Counted from the stretch's first letter, positions 17,092 through 28,829 are shown. The stretch: 64,000 bases of DNA from Paludibacteraceae bacterium (GCA_017478725.1 JAFVDD010000006.1:1169-65168), one strand, 5' to 3'. Notes: generated by a model from the sequence alone, not told the origin. Translations and numbers: made by a program.

Positions 17092-18968
17092 AACACAACC
17101 AATTTGTCTTGACTCTGATTGCAGCTACGGTGATTTCCCTGCCGGCAATCAGCGCTATCAGAGTGCACACTATCGGTGATTCCACCATGGCAGATTACGA
17201 CGAGTCCACTACGGACAAACGCGGTTGGTGCACCTATCTCGGCTCGTTTTTTGACCCGGAGTCTGTTACGGTCAACAACCGTGGCAAATCAGGAGCCGAT
17301 ACCCGCCAGTTCTACACCTCTGGTAACCTGTGGGCTTCCACCAAGAGCCAGATGTCGGCCGGCGATTACCTTCTCATCCAGTTTGCTCATAACGATGAGG
17401 GTACCGTAACTTATGGTATGGATAATGAGGAGTATGCGGCCTATTGCACAGCCAACGGGCAGCCTGCACCTACCGATGCACGCGGCACCAATCCGCAGAC
17501 TACCTATCGTGATTTCCTCCGCAAATTCATCCGGGAGGCACGTGAATTGGGGGTCAATCCCGTGCTGGTAGGACCTATATGCCGCAAGTATTTCTCCGGC
17601 AATGATATCCGTCGCAACGGCCGTCATGATTTAGGGGACAGTTTCTCCAAAATAGAGGGTGGCAAGCTTCTGGAGAAGCAGTCGCTGCCTGCTGACGACC
17701 ACACGATGGATTATGTGTATGCCATGAGCGTGGTGGCAGAGGAAGAGAATGTGCCGTTTGTCAACCTCACCGAAGCAACGCGTGAGTTGTATCTTCAATA
17801 CGGCGAAGCCCAATGCACCCAGTTGCTGTTCTGCAGCGGCGACAACACACATACAGCCACTCTGGGTGCGAACCTTATTGCACGCCGGGCAGCACAGTTG
17901 CTCAAAGATGCAGGTATTCTGGCTGACTATATTGATATTCCTACCTCCATTACTGCTACACCGGCTGTGCTGGAAATAGGCGAAGTGTATAGCGGTGTGC
18001 AGGTCAACAAAGAGATTCTGCTTACAGGATTCGGTCTTTCACCCGAAGCCGGAAAGGTTACTATTACCACTACCGGCAGCAATTTTACATTGTCGGTGGA
18101 TAATGCGAATTTTGCATCTTCTGTCGAGGCGGAATATGCCGGTGCTACACTCTTCCAGCGTGTATATATACGCGCTAACTATGCCGGCAAAGGATCTGTA
18201 GTTGAGAACATAGTGATCACCAGTGGCGAAACAGAGATCACCGTGCCGGTTTCTGCTTCCATTATCTCTTTGGAAGGCGGCGCAACAGTCAAAGCTACCT
18301 GGGCTATTGATGCCAAACCCATTCCCGAGGCTGTGGCTGAAGGTCCTATTGCCACTTCCCTCACGCTTGCCCATATGGTAGCAACGGACACCAAGGCTGA
18401 ATTTACTTATGGTGACAACACGGCATTTGAGATGGTGCGTATCCACAACGCGGATGACGAAGGTCAGAAAGCCAATTGGCCTGCTGGTGAGATTGATGAG
18501 AATGTTACACGATACATAGATTTTGCTGTCACTGCTCCTGCCACAATGGAAGTCCGTATAACGGGTATATCCATGTTAATGTCGGCGCACAGTACAAGTT
18601 CTATGTGCTGTCACATTAATACAGGTTTTGGTGATGAATTTACCGGTGTGAAAACAATCTATGAGCGCAAAAATATTCCTAACAAAACAGTAGAGAAAGT
18701 AGAAATCACACCGACGCTGACGATTCCTGCCGGTGAGACATTGCATGTACGTATTCTACCTTGGCATGATCTGGGAGATGCTAAAAACGGCAAGTATATC
18801 TGTCTTAAGGATGTAGAGATCAAGGGTATGGCTTTCGAACCGCAGCAGGAAGCGATTGAGCAAACCGGTGCACAGACACGCAGCGCCAAAGTGTTTGAAA
18901 ACGGTATTCTGTATATTGTCCGTCCGGATGGTACTCGCTATACAATAGACGGAAACCAAGTCCGTTAA
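17088..18968 (+). CDS. secreted SGNH/GDSL esterase (CE12 rhamnogalacturonan acetylesterase-like) with C-terminal beta-sandwich domains and a short conserved tail
   Basis: The start was trimmed to the ATG at 17088 (ATGA overlap with the upstream stop). After the signal peptide come the IGDSTMADY, NRGKSG, AHNDEG and GDNTHT blocks, about 250 aa of extra domains, and the tail KVFENGILYIVRPDGTRYTIDGNQVR. Confidence 0.75.
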   Translation: MKHNQFVLTLIAATVISLPAISAIRVHTIGDSTMADYDESTTDKRGWCTYLGSFFDPESVTVNNRGKSGADTRQFYTSGNLWASTKSQMSAGDYLLIQFAHNDEGTVTYGMDNEEYAAYCTANGQPAPTDARGTNPQTTYRDFLRKFIREARELGVNPVLVGPICRKYFSGNDIRRNGRHDLGDSFSKIEGGKLLEKQSLPADDHTMDYVYAMSVVAEEENVPFVNLTEATRELYLQYGEAQCTQLLFCSGDNTHTATLGANLIARRAAQLLKDAGILADYIDIPTSITATPAVLEIGEVYSGVQVNKEILLTGFGLSPEAGKVTITTTGSNFTLSVDNANFASSVEAEYAGATLFQRVYIRANYAGKGSVVENIVITSGETEITVPVSASIISLEGGATVKATWAIDAKPIPEAVAEGPIATSLTLAHMVATDTKAEFTYGDNTAFEMVRIHNADDEGQKANWPAGEIDENVTRYIDFAVTAPATMEVRITGISMLMSAHSTSSMCCHINTGFGDEFTGVKTIYERKNIPNKTVEKVEITPTLTIPAGETLHVRILPWHDLGDAKNGKYICLKDVEIKGMAFEPQQEAIEQTGAQTRSAKVFENGILYIVRPDGTRYTIDGNQVR

Positions 18969-18987
18969 TCAACTGACATACGCCTTC

Positions 18988-19025
18988 AAAAATAGCATCC
19001 GCAAAACCGCGGATGCTATTTTTTG
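18988..19025. terminator. bidirectional rho-independent terminator
   Basis: The 12-bp stem aatagcatccgc / gcggatgctatt is flanked by an A-run and a T-run and lies between convergent genes. Confidence 0.8.
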
Positions 19026-19036
19026 TCCATACACCA

Positions 19037-19651
19037 TTACAACTCACCTGCTTCCACCAGATTGATGACCCGTTCGATTATCTTATCCTTGTCACTGGCA
19101 TCGTATTCCTCTTTCAGGTCATTCTTGAAAAGTTTCGCTACAAACTGCCAGAAATTGGCGGACGCTTTGCCTCTGTATTGCTTGATCAGTTCGTAGCTCG
19201 TTTTGTCCGTTTCGCGGTCCATCAGCAACATCAGCATCCGGCCCTGACTGGCGTACATACCGCGGAAATCTTTCTCGTATTTTCTGAATAACTGTTTTTC
19301 ATACGCATGCCACCATTTTTTCCGGGCTTTCTTGTCCGGAAGTTTGGCCAGTTCGGCATCCGCATAGGCCATATCCCGCGTGATCTCTTTGGCGTAAGGC
19401 AGACATTTCTTGACATCCCGCACGGTGCGCCAATAGAAGCGCTCCTGTTTCTTGTTCTTGAACCGCATAGGCGGATAGACGTACATCTCATGCAGCCATG
19501 CCAGGTACATGGTATCGCCGTTGTCGATACGCAGCATACAGGAGTCGATGTAGTGGTTTTTTCTCTCTATCGGACGGCTGATTATAGTATTGGCAGCGAA
19601 CAAATCCATGCTCACTGCCAATACAATCAATATGTGCAGTAGTCGTTTCAT
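19037..19651 (-). CDS. DUF4294-like secreted protein
   Basis: The track ORF starts at a TTG; the first ATG (19649-19651) gives MKRLLHILIVLAVSMDLFA. The conserved block is YVYPPMRFKNKKQERFYWRTVRDVKKCLPYAKEI. The family name is from memory. Confidence 0.6.
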   Translation of the reverse strand: MKRLLHILIVLAVSMDLFAANTIISRPIERKNHYIDSCMLRIDNGDTMYLAWLHEMYVYPPMRFKNKKQERFYWRTVRDVKKCLPYAKEITRDMAYADAELAKLPDKKARKKWWHAYEKQLFRKYEKDFRGMYASQGRMLMLLMDRETDKTSYELIKQYRGKASANFWQFVAKLFKNDLKEEYDASDKDKIIERVINLVEAGEL

Positions 19652-19681
19652 TCCAATGGCTAACTGCAAAGAATGTGCCAA

Positions 19682-21172
19682 TTAGTAATTCAGCGCAAAA
19701 ACGACGCGACCTGCTGACGGTTTGCCGGTCAGGATGCACTTGCCCGGCTCGTTCTTATGACCGGGGAGGTCTGCCAGAGGAATACAGCGGATAGTGGCTT
19801 TCGTTTCATCTTTGATGCGCTGCTCGGTCTCGGCGGTGCCGTCCCAATGTGCCAGCAGGAAGCCGCCTTTCTTCAACTCCTCTTTGAACTCCTCATAGCT
19901 GTTCACTTCGCGGGTGTTGGCAATACGGAAATCCAGAGCTTTTTTCAGCAGGTTCTTCTGAATCTCTTCCAGCAGATTCTTCACAATATCTACGATTCCA
20001 TCGATAGAAATGGTCTCTTTGGTCTGCGTGTCACGACGGGCAATCTCAATAGTGCCGTTCTCCAGATCGCGGCCGCCCATAGCCAGACGAACAGGCACAC
20101 CTTTCAACTCATAATCGGCGAACTTGTACCCCGGTGTATATTTCTCGTCGGTATCTACCTTGACGCGGATACCCAAAGCCTTGAGTTCATCGGCAATAGG
20201 ATTCAGTTTGACCATCAGTTTCTCCAAATCCTCTTGTTTCTTGAAGATAGGCACGATAACTACCTGTATCGGTGCCAGGTGGGGCGGGAGAACAAGGCCG
20301 TTGTCATCGGAGTGCGTCATGATCAGCGCACCCATCAGACGGGTGGAAACACCCCAAGACGTTGCCCATACATATTCGTATTTGTTCTCTTTGCTCAGGA
20401 ACTGTACGTCAAAACTCTTGGCAAAATTCTGCCCCAGGAAATGGCTTGTGCCGGCCTGCAATGCTTTGCCGTCCTGCATCATTGCTTCGATACAGTAGGT
20501 GTTCAGGGCCCCAGCAAAACGCTCGTTGGGCGATTTGACACCTTTGACAACAGGGATTGCCATCACGTTCTCCGCAAAATCAGCATATACATCCAGCATC
20601 TGACGGGCGTAATCCTCCGCTTCTTCTTTGGTTGCATGCGCCGTGTGGCCTTCCTGCCAGAGGAACTCAGCCGTACGCAGGAACAGACGCGTACGCATCT
20701 CCCAGCGCATTACATTGCACCACTGGTTGCAAAGAATAGGCAGGTCGCGGTAAGAGGAAATCCAGTTCTTGTATGTGCTCCAGATAATTGTTTCGGACGT
20801 CGGCCGGATAATCATCTCTTCCTCCAGTTTGGAGTTAGGATCCACGACAACTCCTTTCCCGTTCGGGTCTTTCATCAGACGATGGTGGGTGACGATAGCG
20901 CTCTCTTTGGCAAAACCTTCTACGTGTTCTGCCTCGCGGCTGAAGAATGATTTGGGGATGAGGAGCGGGAAATAGGCGTTCTTTACACCGCGCTCTTTGA
21001 ACCGGCGGTCCAATTCAGCCTGAATAGTTTCCCATATAGCATAGCCATAAGGTTTGATTACCATACAGCCACGTACGGCACTTTGTTCGGCGAGATCGGC
21101 TTTGACAACCAATTCGTTATACCATTTGGAGTAATCCTCGCTGCGAGGAGTCAGTTTTTGATAATTTGCCAT
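19682..21172 (-). CDS. proS: proline--tRNA ligase (archaeal/eukaryote-like type)
   Basis: 496 aa with class II aaRS motifs and the typical N-terminus [22 protein letters not shown]. Confidence 0.93.
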   Translation of the reverse strand: MANYQKLTPRSEDYSKWYNELVVKADLAEQSAVRGCMVIKPYGYAIWETIQAELDRRFKERGVKNAYFPLLIPKSFFSREAEHVEGFAKESAIVTHHRLMKDPNGKGVVVDPNSKLEEEMIIRPTSETIIWSTYKNWISSYRDLPILCNQWCNVMRWEMRTRLFLRTAEFLWQEGHTAHATKEEAEDYARQMLDVYADFAENVMAIPVVKGVKSPNERFAGALNTYCIEAMMQDGKALQAGTSHFLGQNFAKSFDVQFLSKENKYEYVWATSWGVSTRLMGALIMTHSDDNGLVLPPHLAPIQVVIVPIFKKQEDLEKLMVKLNPIADELKALGIRVKVDTDEKYTPGYKFADYELKGVPVRLAMGGRDLENGTIEIARRDTQTKETISIDGIVDIVKNLLEEIQKNLLKKALDFRIANTREVNSYEEFKEELKKGGFLLAHWDGTAETEQRIKDETKATIRCIPLADLPGHKNEPGKCILTGKPSAGRVVFALNY

Positions 21173-21183
21173 AATTATATGTA

Positions 21184-22431
21184 TTAAACTGCCTGTTGGA
21201 GTCGGTAGAGGTCAGCTTTGTCTATTTTTTCTTGTGCGTAAGCGCGTGTGACTACGAACGACTGAGTGATACCGAGTTTCTTTTTGCCGGGCATCTCAAA
21301 CATCATATCGGTCATCACAGTCTCCATCAGTCCGCGCAATCCACGGGCGCCTAATTTATACTCCAGCGCCTTGTCCACAATATAATCCAATGCTTCATCG
21401 GTAAAACTGAGCGTAATACCGTCCATTGCCATCAGTTTTCTGTACTGCTTGGTCAGCGCATTCTTGGGCTCGGTCAGAATATTACGCAACGCCGTGCGGT
21501 CAAGAGGCTGCAGATAGGTCAGCACCGGCAGACGGCCTATAATCTCCGGTATCAGACCGAACGACTTGAGATCCTGAGGAGCTATGTATTGCAGCAAATC
21601 GTTTTTGTCCACCCGTGCTGCTTTCTGCTGGGCGTCAAATCCCACAACCTGCGTGTTCATTCGCTGGGCTATCTTGCGCTCTATCCCGTCAAAAGCACCG
21701 CCGCAGATGAATAGGATATTTTTGGTATCTACGTGAATATACTCTTGGTCCGGATGTTTGCGTCCGCCTTGGGGAGGTACATTCACAATCGACCCTTCCA
21801 GTAGTTTCAGCAATCCCTGTTGTACACCCTCTCCGCTGACGTCACGAGTGATGGACGGATTCTCGCTCTTGCGTGCAATTTTGTCGATTTCATCGATAAA
21901 AACGATACCTCGCTGAGCTTTCTGTACATCATATTCGGCATCCTGCAGCAGGCGTACCAGCAGCGACTCTACATCCTCGCCTACATAGCCGGCTTCCGTC
22001 AGTGTGGTGGCGTCCACAATAGCGAACGGCACTTTCAGCATTTTGGCTATTGTGCGGGCCAGAAGCGTCTTGCCCGTTCCGGTAGAACCTACCAGAAGGA
22101 TGTTGCTTTTCTCGATCTCTACATCATCATTGCTTTTTTCCTGCAACACACGTTTATAGTGGTTATATACCGCAACCGACAGAAAACGTTTGGCGTTCTC
22201 CTGACCGATTACGTATTGATCGAGAAAATCTTTGATTTGTTGGGGAGTAGGCAGTTCGCTCATTGTGAGTGACAGCGGCTCGGAGGTGGGTTTGGTAGCG
22301 GTTAGAAGCATCGTATGCCCCGCCTCTATACACTCGTTGCATATCAGGCTGCCGTCCATGCCGCTGAACATCTCCGGCATCTCGCGACCGCAGAAACTGC
22401 ATACTTCCGGTTGTGGTTGTTTTCTTGCCAT
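21184..22431 (-). CDS. clpX: ATP-dependent Clp protease ATP-binding subunit ClpX
   Basis: 415 aa with an N-terminal C4 zinc finger (CSFCG ... CNEC), Walker A GSTGTGKT and the IVFIDEIDK motif. Confidence 0.95.
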   Translation of the reverse strand: MARKQPQPEVCSFCGREMPEMFSGMDGSLICNECIEAGHTMLLTATKPTSEPLSLTMSELPTPQQIKDFLDQYVIGQENAKRFLSVAVYNHYKRVLQEKSNDDVEIEKSNILLVGSTGTGKTLLARTIAKMLKVPFAIVDATTLTEAGYVGEDVESLLVRLLQDAEYDVQKAQRGIVFIDEIDKIARKSENPSITRDVSGEGVQQGLLKLLEGSIVNVPPQGGRKHPDQEYIHVDTKNILFICGGAFDGIERKIAQRMNTQVVGFDAQQKAARVDKNDLLQYIAPQDLKSFGLIPEIIGRLPVLTYLQPLDRTALRNILTEPKNALTKQYRKLMAMDGITLSFTDEALDYIVDKALEYKLGARGLRGLMETVMTDMMFEMPGKKKLGITQSFVVTRAYAQEKIDKADLYRLQQAV

Positions 22432-22452
22432 GCGCGCGCGTACCTAAAATTA

Positions 22453-23142
22453 TTAGTTGTTTTTGCGTGTGTACACGCGGTCAATCATTCCGTACTCCAA
22501 CGCTTCCTTGGCGGTCATCCAGTGGTCGCGGTCTGCGTCCTGACGTATCTGGTCAATGGATTTGCCGGAGTGGTCGGAAATAATCTGATAGAGTTCGTCC
22601 TTCAGTTTAAGAATCTCTTTGGCGGTAATCTCTATATCAGATGCCTGACCCTGAATACCTCCCAGCGGCTGATGGATCATCACGCGGCTGTGCGGCAGAG
22701 CGGCACGCATGCCTTTCTCGCCGGCTACCAGCAGTACGGCACCCATCGAGGCGGCCAGACCGGTACAGATAGTGGCTACTTTGGCACCCACAAACTGCAT
22801 CGTGTCGTAGATGCCCAATCCGGCATATACCGATCCGCCTGGAGTATTGAGATACAGATGAATGTCACGCTCGCTATCTACCGAATCCAGATATAGTAAC
22901 TGGGCCTGGATCACATTGGCGGTGTAGTCATTAACCTCGGTTCCGAGAAAAATGACACGGTCCATCATCAAGCGGCTGAACACATCCATCTGCGTCACAT
23001 TCAGCTGGCGCTCCTCAAGAATAGTGGGGGAGATATATCCGCCGGAGGCGAGCACGGTGTTCGCGCTCTGCGACAAGACCTTCTCCACATGCATGGAGTT
23101 AAGGCCTTGCGCAGCGGCGTATTTCAAAAAATCATTCTTCAT
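22453..23142 (-). CDS. clpP: ATP-dependent Clp protease proteolytic subunit ClpP
   Basis: The track start is a TTG; the first ATG is at 23140-23142. The product shows the GLAASMGAVLL (Ser) and MIHQPLGG (His) motifs. Confidence 0.93.
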   Translation of the reverse strand: MKNDFLKYAAAQGLNSMHVEKVLSQSANTVLASGGYISPTILEERQLNVTQMDVFSRLMMDRVIFLGTEVNDYTANVIQAQLLYLDSVDSERDIHLYLNTPGGSVYAGLGIYDTMQFVGAKVATICTGLAASMGAVLLVAGEKGMRAALPHSRVMIHQPLGGIQGQASDIEITAKEILKLKDELYQIISDHSGKSIDQIRQDADRDHWMTAKEALEYGMIDRVYTRKNN

Positions 23143-23174
23143 GTACAATGTGCGAATGTGCGATGTACAACTTG

Positions 23175-26100
23175 TTATTTTTTGGCAGAGGCTTTCGCTT
23201 CTGCTTTTTTGGCACGTGCCATCTGGATATCATAGGCTATCGGCGATGCGATGAACATGGACGACCATGTACCTACAATCACACCTACAAGCAGTGCAAA
23301 TACAAAGCCCTGAATCGTTTCGCCACCGAATACAAAGATTGCCAACAGCACTACGAATGTACTCATTGAGGTGGAGAACGTACGGCTGAGGGTATTGTTC
23401 AACGCATCGTTGATGTTCTGCTTGCGGTCACGTTTCGGATAGAGCTTGTTGTACTCGCGTACGCGGTCGAAGATAACCACGGTATCGTTGATCGAGTAAC
23501 CGATAACGGTCAGGATAGCAGCGATAAACGCTTGGTCGATCTCCATGGAGAAAGGCATGATCTTCCAAAGGATGGCATATAGACCCAGTACAATCACTGT
23601 ATCGTGTGCCAAGGCTGCCAATGCACCTACTGAGAAGGCAAAATTGCGGAAACGCAGCAGGATATAGAGGAAGATACCGAGCAGCGCAGCCACGACAGCC
23701 CAAACGGCGCTGGTGGTGATATCGTCTGCGATAGCCGGTCCTACTTTCTGGCTCGACATGATTCCTACGTTCGCGTTAGACTCGGTAGAGTGGAAATCCT
23801 CGAAGGTTATTTCATCGCCCAGGAACGGCTTGCAGCCTTCGAACAACAGACCCTCGATATACTCGTCTGCCTCAGCGTTATCTTCATGGATGCGGTAGTT
23901 GGTGGAGATACGTACCTGATTGGCGTCATTACCATAGGTGATAACGTTCAGACCAAAGGTCTCGCCGTCTTCCAGTGTGGCGCGTAAGGTGTTATCAAGC
24001 GACTCACGGACATCCTGGGTGTTGATGTTCCGGTCGAAACGAACGACATAGTTGCGTCCACCGGAGAAATCAATACCCAGATTCAGTTTGCCGAAGATAT
24101 GCGGTTCCAGACCCAGAATAGCGAAGATCACCAATGCGCCAGACAGGCAGTAAGCCCACTTGCGTGCGTTGATGAAATCGAAATGCATGTTCTGCAGGAA
24201 GTTCTGCATCAGCTTGGTGGTGAAACTCAGTTCCTTGGCGTTGTCCTTGGATGCATAATCCTCCAGAAGCAGACGGGTGATGAACACGGCTGTCAGGAAC
24301 GAAGAGATGATACCGATCATGTAGGTTACAGCGAAGCCCTTGATAGGACCGGTACCAAAGATAGCCAGAATAGCACCCGTCAGGAACGAGGTCACGTTGG
24401 CATCTACAATCGCGGTGATGGCACCCTTGAAACCGTCCTCGATAGCTTTGCGCATACCCTTGCCGCCGCGAAGCTCCTCACGTATACGCTCGTAAATCAG
24501 CACGTTGGCATCCACTGCCGTACCCATCGTCAGCACGATACCGGCAATACCCGGCAGGGTCAGCACGGCGGAGAACGAAGCTAAAATACCTAACAGCAGG
24601 AACACGTTGCATAGTAATGCAAAGTCCGCAATCAGACCCGGTATCCAGCCGTAATAGAAAATCATATAAATCAGGATAAGGCAGAAGCCCAGAGCGAATG
24701 ACCACAAACCGGACTGAATAGCCTCACGACCCAGCGACGGACCTACCACGCTCTCCTCGATGATGCGGGCGGGAGCCGGCATCTTACCGGATTTCAGAGT
24801 GTTGGCCAAGTCTTTGGCTTCTTCTACGGTGAAGTTACCGGTAATCTGGCTGTTGCCGCCGGCTATCTCGTTCTGCACCGTCGGGAAACTATATACAAAG
24901 CCGTCCAGTACGATGGCTACCGATTTGCCGATGTTGTCTTTGGTCAGACGCTGCCAGGTCTTTGCGCCCTCGGCGTTCATCGACATGGACACATTGGCAT
25001 ATGCGCTCAGCTGCGAGAAATCCGCACGGGCGTCGGTGATCACATCGCCTTCCAGCGAAGCACGACCGTCACGCTGTGCCTTCAGTGCTACCAACTGATA
25101 GTAACTGCCGGCCTCATCGATGGCTTTTACTGTCCAATAGAAACGTGCGTCACGAGGCAGAACGGCTTTTGCAATCTGCGAGTTCAGCATGGCGTTCACC
25201 TTGGCGGTGTCCGTGTAATGAACGGTACCTACTACCGGACCGCGGAAGGCCTGACCGGCCTGGTTGACCTGGGGATTCAGAATACCGAACAAGGGGTTCT
25301 GGCGTTTGTATTCAGCCAACTGTGCCTCTTGGTCGGCCTCAAGCGCTGCGCTGTCGCTGGCGAGGTTATCTACCAGTTCTGCCAACTCATCGCTCTCTGC
25401 CTTGGCGCTTTGTACATCGTTCTTTTGTACTTCTTTTGTGCTTTGTACTTCCTCGCTTTGTACATTGCTTGCGGCATACTCGCGGTTGATCTGAGCCAGC
25501 AACGGGAGGATCTCACTGTTCTCATAGGTCTCCCAGAACTCAAGGTTGGCGCTTCCCTGCAGAAGTTTACGGACACGCTCAGGCTCTTTGATACCCGGCA
25601 ACTCAATCAATATACGGCCCGGCTGTGTCAGCTTCTGGATGTTCGGCTGAACAACACCGAAACGGTCGATACGCGTACGGAGCACGTTGAAAGAGTTGTT
25701 GATGGCGCCGTCAACCTCCTCGCGGATAACACGCTCTACCTGATCGTTGGTTGAGTTCAGCGTTACTTTGTCTTTCAACTCGAAAGTGGAGAAAATAGAT
25801 GCCAACTGGGCATCCGGATCCACCTCTTTGTAGGATTCGATGAAAAGGGTAACGAAGTCTGCTCCGCTCGTTTTCTGCTTCTGGCGGGCACGAGCCATCG
25901 CCTCTTTGTAATTCGGCGTCTCGTTATGACCGCTCAAAGCGTCCAGAATGTCCGGAACAGACACTTCCATCGTTACGTTCATACCACCCTTGAGGTCAAG
26001 ACCAAGGTTGATCTCTTTCTCACGGCACTCTTTCAAAGTGTAGCCGAACCACACTTTCTTGGTCGCGATGGAATCAAGATACTGATACTCCTTGACTGCA

Positions 26101-26225
26101 TCGCCGGAGGCGTACTCTTTCGCTTTGTTGTCATAATGACTCGTTACGAGAGAGAACGACAGATAGAAGGCGCATACCAATGCAAGGCATACTGCCAAAA
26201 ATCGTACAAGTCCTTTGTTTTGCAT
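23175..26225 (-). CDS. secDF: protein translocase subunit SecDF (fused)
   Basis: 1016-aa fusion typical of Bacteroidota. It has a large periplasmic domain followed by two 6-TM bundles (GLDLKGG, LTLPGIAGIVLTMGTAVDANVLIYERI). Confidence 0.93.
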   Translation of the reverse strand: MQNKGLVRFLAVCLALVCAFYLSFSLVTSHYDNKAKEYASGDAVKEYQYLDSIATKKVWFGYTLKECREKEINLGLDLKGGMNVTMEVSVPDILDALSGHNETPNYKEAMARARQKQKTSGADFVTLFIESYKEVDPDAQLASIFSTFELKDKVTLNSTNDQVERVIREEVDGAINNSFNVLRTRIDRFGVVQPNIQKLTQPGRILIELPGIKEPERVRKLLQGSANLEFWETYENSEILPLLAQINREYAASNVQSEEVQSTKEVQKNDVQSAKAESDELAELVDNLASDSAALEADQEAQLAEYKRQNPLFGILNPQVNQAGQAFRGPVVGTVHYTDTAKVNAMLNSQIAKAVLPRDARFYWTVKAIDEAGSYYQLVALKAQRDGRASLEGDVITDARADFSQLSAYANVSMSMNAEGAKTWQRLTKDNIGKSVAIVLDGFVYSFPTVQNEIAGGNSQITGNFTVEEAKDLANTLKSGKMPAPARIIEESVVGPSLGREAIQSGLWSFALGFCLILIYMIFYYGWIPGLIADFALLCNVFLLLGILASFSAVLTLPGIAGIVLTMGTAVDANVLIYERIREELRGGKGMRKAIEDGFKGAITAIVDANVTSFLTGAILAIFGTGPIKGFAVTYMIGIISSFLTAVFITRLLLEDYASKDNAKELSFTTKLMQNFLQNMHFDFINARKWAYCLSGALVIFAILGLEPHIFGKLNLGIDFSGGRNYVVRFDRNINTQDVRESLDNTLRATLEDGETFGLNVITYGNDANQVRISTNYRIHEDNAEADEYIEGLLFEGCKPFLGDEITFEDFHSTESNANVGIMSSQKVGPAIADDITTSAVWAVVAALLGIFLYILLRFRNFAFSVGALAALAHDTVIVLGLYAILWKIMPFSMEIDQAFIAAILTVIGYSINDTVVIFDRVREYNKLYPKRDRKQNINDALNNTLSRTFSTSMSTFVVLLAIFVFGGETIQGFVFALLVGVIVGTWSSMFIASPIAYDIQMARAKKAEAKASAKK

Positions 26226-26302
26226 AGTTTGTATTTGTTTTTTAGTTTGATATTTTTCGTCCTTCAGCGCGTGTACGAAGGGTGCGCACGCGAAAAAGCG
26301 TG

Positions 26303-26310
26303 CAAAGTTA
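26303..26310 (-). promoter_or_regulatory. -7 box TAACTTTG for secDF
   Basis: The plus strand reads CAAAGTTA, 78 nt upstream of the ATG at 26225, with an A/T run upstream. Confidence 0.5.
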
Positions 26311-26367
26311 CAACTTTTTTTTCATTTATGCAAATAAAAACGGAATTTTTTGGCGCTTTGAGCGTCA

Positions 26368-27000
26368 TTATGAGCGAATTGCGGATAGAATAGCCTGTAA
26401 TTCTTCTATATCGGCGCAACTTTGCCACCCGCAATAACGCGTCGCAGCTGAACGGTTGGCTTCCAAATCATCTACAAAAATGACGGGCACCTGACATTCT
26501 CCATTCGCCATTACCACCTCCGCCGCACGCTCGAAAATCTCTCTGCCGGGCTTTGAGCAATGCATCTCGTGCGAGAGAAAACATTTCTCAAACAGCGATG
26601 AAAACCCCGGATACTCCCCGGTTGTATGCTGCCAGTGAAGCTCGTTGTTGTTCGACAATAAATACAACCGATAACCCTCTTTGCGCAGTTCTTTCAAATA
26701 CGCAATTCTCTCTGGCGGGATGCCCGCGTGCATCCGGTTCCACGAGTTAATGACATCCAACGGACGAATTTCATGCGTCGCCATAGAGCAGATTTTATCG
26801 ATGAAATCGGTACTTTTTATTTCTCCGCGCTCGTATCGGGCCATGAGCGAGTCTGACTGGCCTTCTCCGTTGGTGCCTAAGCCTAATTCGCGCTGCATAG
26901 CCTCACGCCCGATCAAGGCCTCGAACGCTCCTATGCAGCCGGGCATGTTGTGTTTCATCAACACGCCGCCCAAATCAAGCACGATGATCGTTGGCTTCAT
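26368..27000 (-). CDS. HAD-superfamily hydrolase (subfamily IA-like)
   Basis: 210 aa with motif I VLDLGGVL and a late FVDD motif. Confidence 0.75.
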   Translation of the reverse strand: MKPTIIVLDLGGVLMKHNMPGCIGAFEALIGREAMQRELGLGTNGEGQSDSLMARYERGEIKSTDFIDKICSMATHEIRPLDVINSWNRMHAGIPPERIAYLKELRKEGYRLYLLSNNNELHWQHTTGEYPGFSSLFEKCFLSHEMHCSKPGREIFERAAEVVMANGECQVPVIFVDDLEANRSAATRYCGWQSCADIEELQAILSAIRS

Positions 27001-27021
27001 AGCTCATTCTTGTTTTTCGCC

Positions 27022-28785
27022 TTATTCCTCACTGAAATGTACCAGCACATGCCGGTAGGAATTGAATATCTTGGATTTGCTCACGAAGCCGAGATAGCGG
27101 CGCTCGTCATCCACCACAGGCAGGTTCCATGCACCGGTGTCTTCAAATATCTCCATCACTTTTTCCATGGGCAAATCATGTTGCAGCACGGCCGGAGGAG
27201 AGGTCATCAGTTGCCCTACGGTAAACCGTTTGTACAGCCGTGGCTGGAACATAATATTGCGCACCTCATCCAAGAGAAGGACTCCTCTCAAACGCCCGTC
27301 ATGGTCAATGACCGGGAATATGTTACGCCGGCTCTCGCTGATTATTTTTACCAGTTCGCCTAAGGTCATCTCAGGGAAAATGGTCTTGAGGTCGGTCTCC
27401 AGCACATTGTCCATCTTCAGGAGCGTGAGCACATTCCTGTCTTTGTTGTGCGTCAGCAGTTCGCCTTTCTGGGCCAGACGCATCGCATACAACGAGTGAG
27501 GCTCAAACAGCATAATCGTCAGATACGAAACCACGCTTACTATCATCAGCGGCATAAACAGATGGTAGCCGCCTGTCAGTTCGGCAATCAGGAAAATACC
27601 TGTCAGCGGCGCGTGCATTACGCCGGACATCAGTCCAGCCATGCCCACTAACGCAAAATTGGCTTCGGGTATAGCCAGACCGCTCATATTCATGATACGT
27701 GCCGTCAAAAAACCCGTAATAGCGCCCATGAATAGCGAGGGCGCAAAAATTCCTCCTACGCCGCCGGCGCCATTGGTAGCCACAGAGGCTACAATCTTGA
27801 ATAATAAAATGGACCCGAAATAGGTCAGTAGCAGCCAATAGCCGTTGCGGGCTGCCCATTCATTGTGCTCCAGCGGACTGTTTTCCAAGGCGGACATGCA
27901 ATCGCCGTTAATCAGTTGGCGGATCACATCATAGCCTTCGCCGTATAATGGAGGGAAAATAAAGATCAGGAGACTCAGTGTCGCGCCGCCTACCAGCAGT
28001 TTGACCCACATGTTGGTTATCGTGTGCTTGAACCAACGCTCCAGTTTGTTCATGCCGCGGGTGAAATACAGGCTGACGAAACCGCATACCAGACCCAATA
28101 CCAGATACCACGGGATACGGCTTACTACAAAATCCTCATAGTTGTTCAGCGGGAACATAGGTTCCATGCCCGTCAGGATGTACGAAATAGCGGTTGCTGT
28201 GACCGATGAAATCAGTAGCGGCGCCACCGAAGTCATCGTCAGATCCATCAACAATACCTCCAGCGTGAAAACCAATCCGGCTATAGGAGCTTTGAAGATT
28301 CCTCCTACCGCGCCTGCGGCGCCGCAACCAATCATCAGCATCATTGTTTTCTGGTCCAGACGAAAGGCCTTGGCCATGTTCGAACCGATAGCCGCACCTG
28401 TCAGCACAATAGGTGCCTCGGCTCCTACCGAACCGCCGAAACCGATGGTCAGGCCCGAACCGATGATCGAGCTCCACATATTATGCGCCTTGATAATCGA
28501 CTTGCGCTGGCTGATGGCATAGAGAATCTTGGTGATACCGTGGCTGATGTCGTCGCACACTACAAATTTGACAAACAGTGCCGCCAGCGTGATACCTATA
28601 AAAGGAGTGATCAGATACCACCATGTGTTGCCCTCGCCTATCAGCTGCTCCTCCACCAGCCATTGTATCAGGTGGATCAAGGATTTCAGCAATGTGGCCG
28701 CTAAAGCGGAGAGCGCACCTACGAAGAACGAGAGAAGCAACACCAATTGCTTCTCGCTGATGTGACGCTCGCGCCACTCAATCAT
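27022..28785 (-). CDS. ClC family voltage-gated chloride channel/antiporter with a C-terminal CBS pair
   Basis: 587 aa with GSGLTIGFGGSVGAEAP, GIFKAPIAG and GIFAPSLFMG selectivity-type motifs, plus a CBS region. Confidence 0.85.
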   Translation of the reverse strand: MIEWRERHISEKQLVLLLSFFVGALSALAATLLKSLIHLIQWLVEEQLIGEGNTWWYLITPFIGITLAALFVKFVVCDDISHGITKILYAISQRKSIIKAHNMWSSIIGSGLTIGFGGSVGAEAPIVLTGAAIGSNMAKAFRLDQKTMMLMIGCGAAGAVGGIFKAPIAGLVFTLEVLLMDLTMTSVAPLLISSVTATAISYILTGMEPMFPLNNYEDFVVSRIPWYLVLGLVCGFVSLYFTRGMNKLERWFKHTITNMWVKLLVGGATLSLLIFIFPPLYGEGYDVIRQLINGDCMSALENSPLEHNEWAARNGYWLLLTYFGSILLFKIVASVATNGAGGVGGIFAPSLFMGAITGFLTARIMNMSGLAIPEANFALVGMAGLMSGVMHAPLTGIFLIAELTGGYHLFMPLMIVSVVSYLTIMLFEPHSLYAMRLAQKGELLTHNKDRNVLTLLKMDNVLETDLKTIFPEMTLGELVKIISESRRNIFPVIDHDGRLRGVLLLDEVRNIMFQPRLYKRFTVGQLMTSPPAVLQHDLPMEKVMEIFEDTGAWNLPVVDDERRYLGFVSKSKIFNSYRHVLVHFSEE

Positions 28786-28829
28786 CCTATCGTAGAACTT
28801 GTAATTCGTATTCTCTGATTTTTAATGAT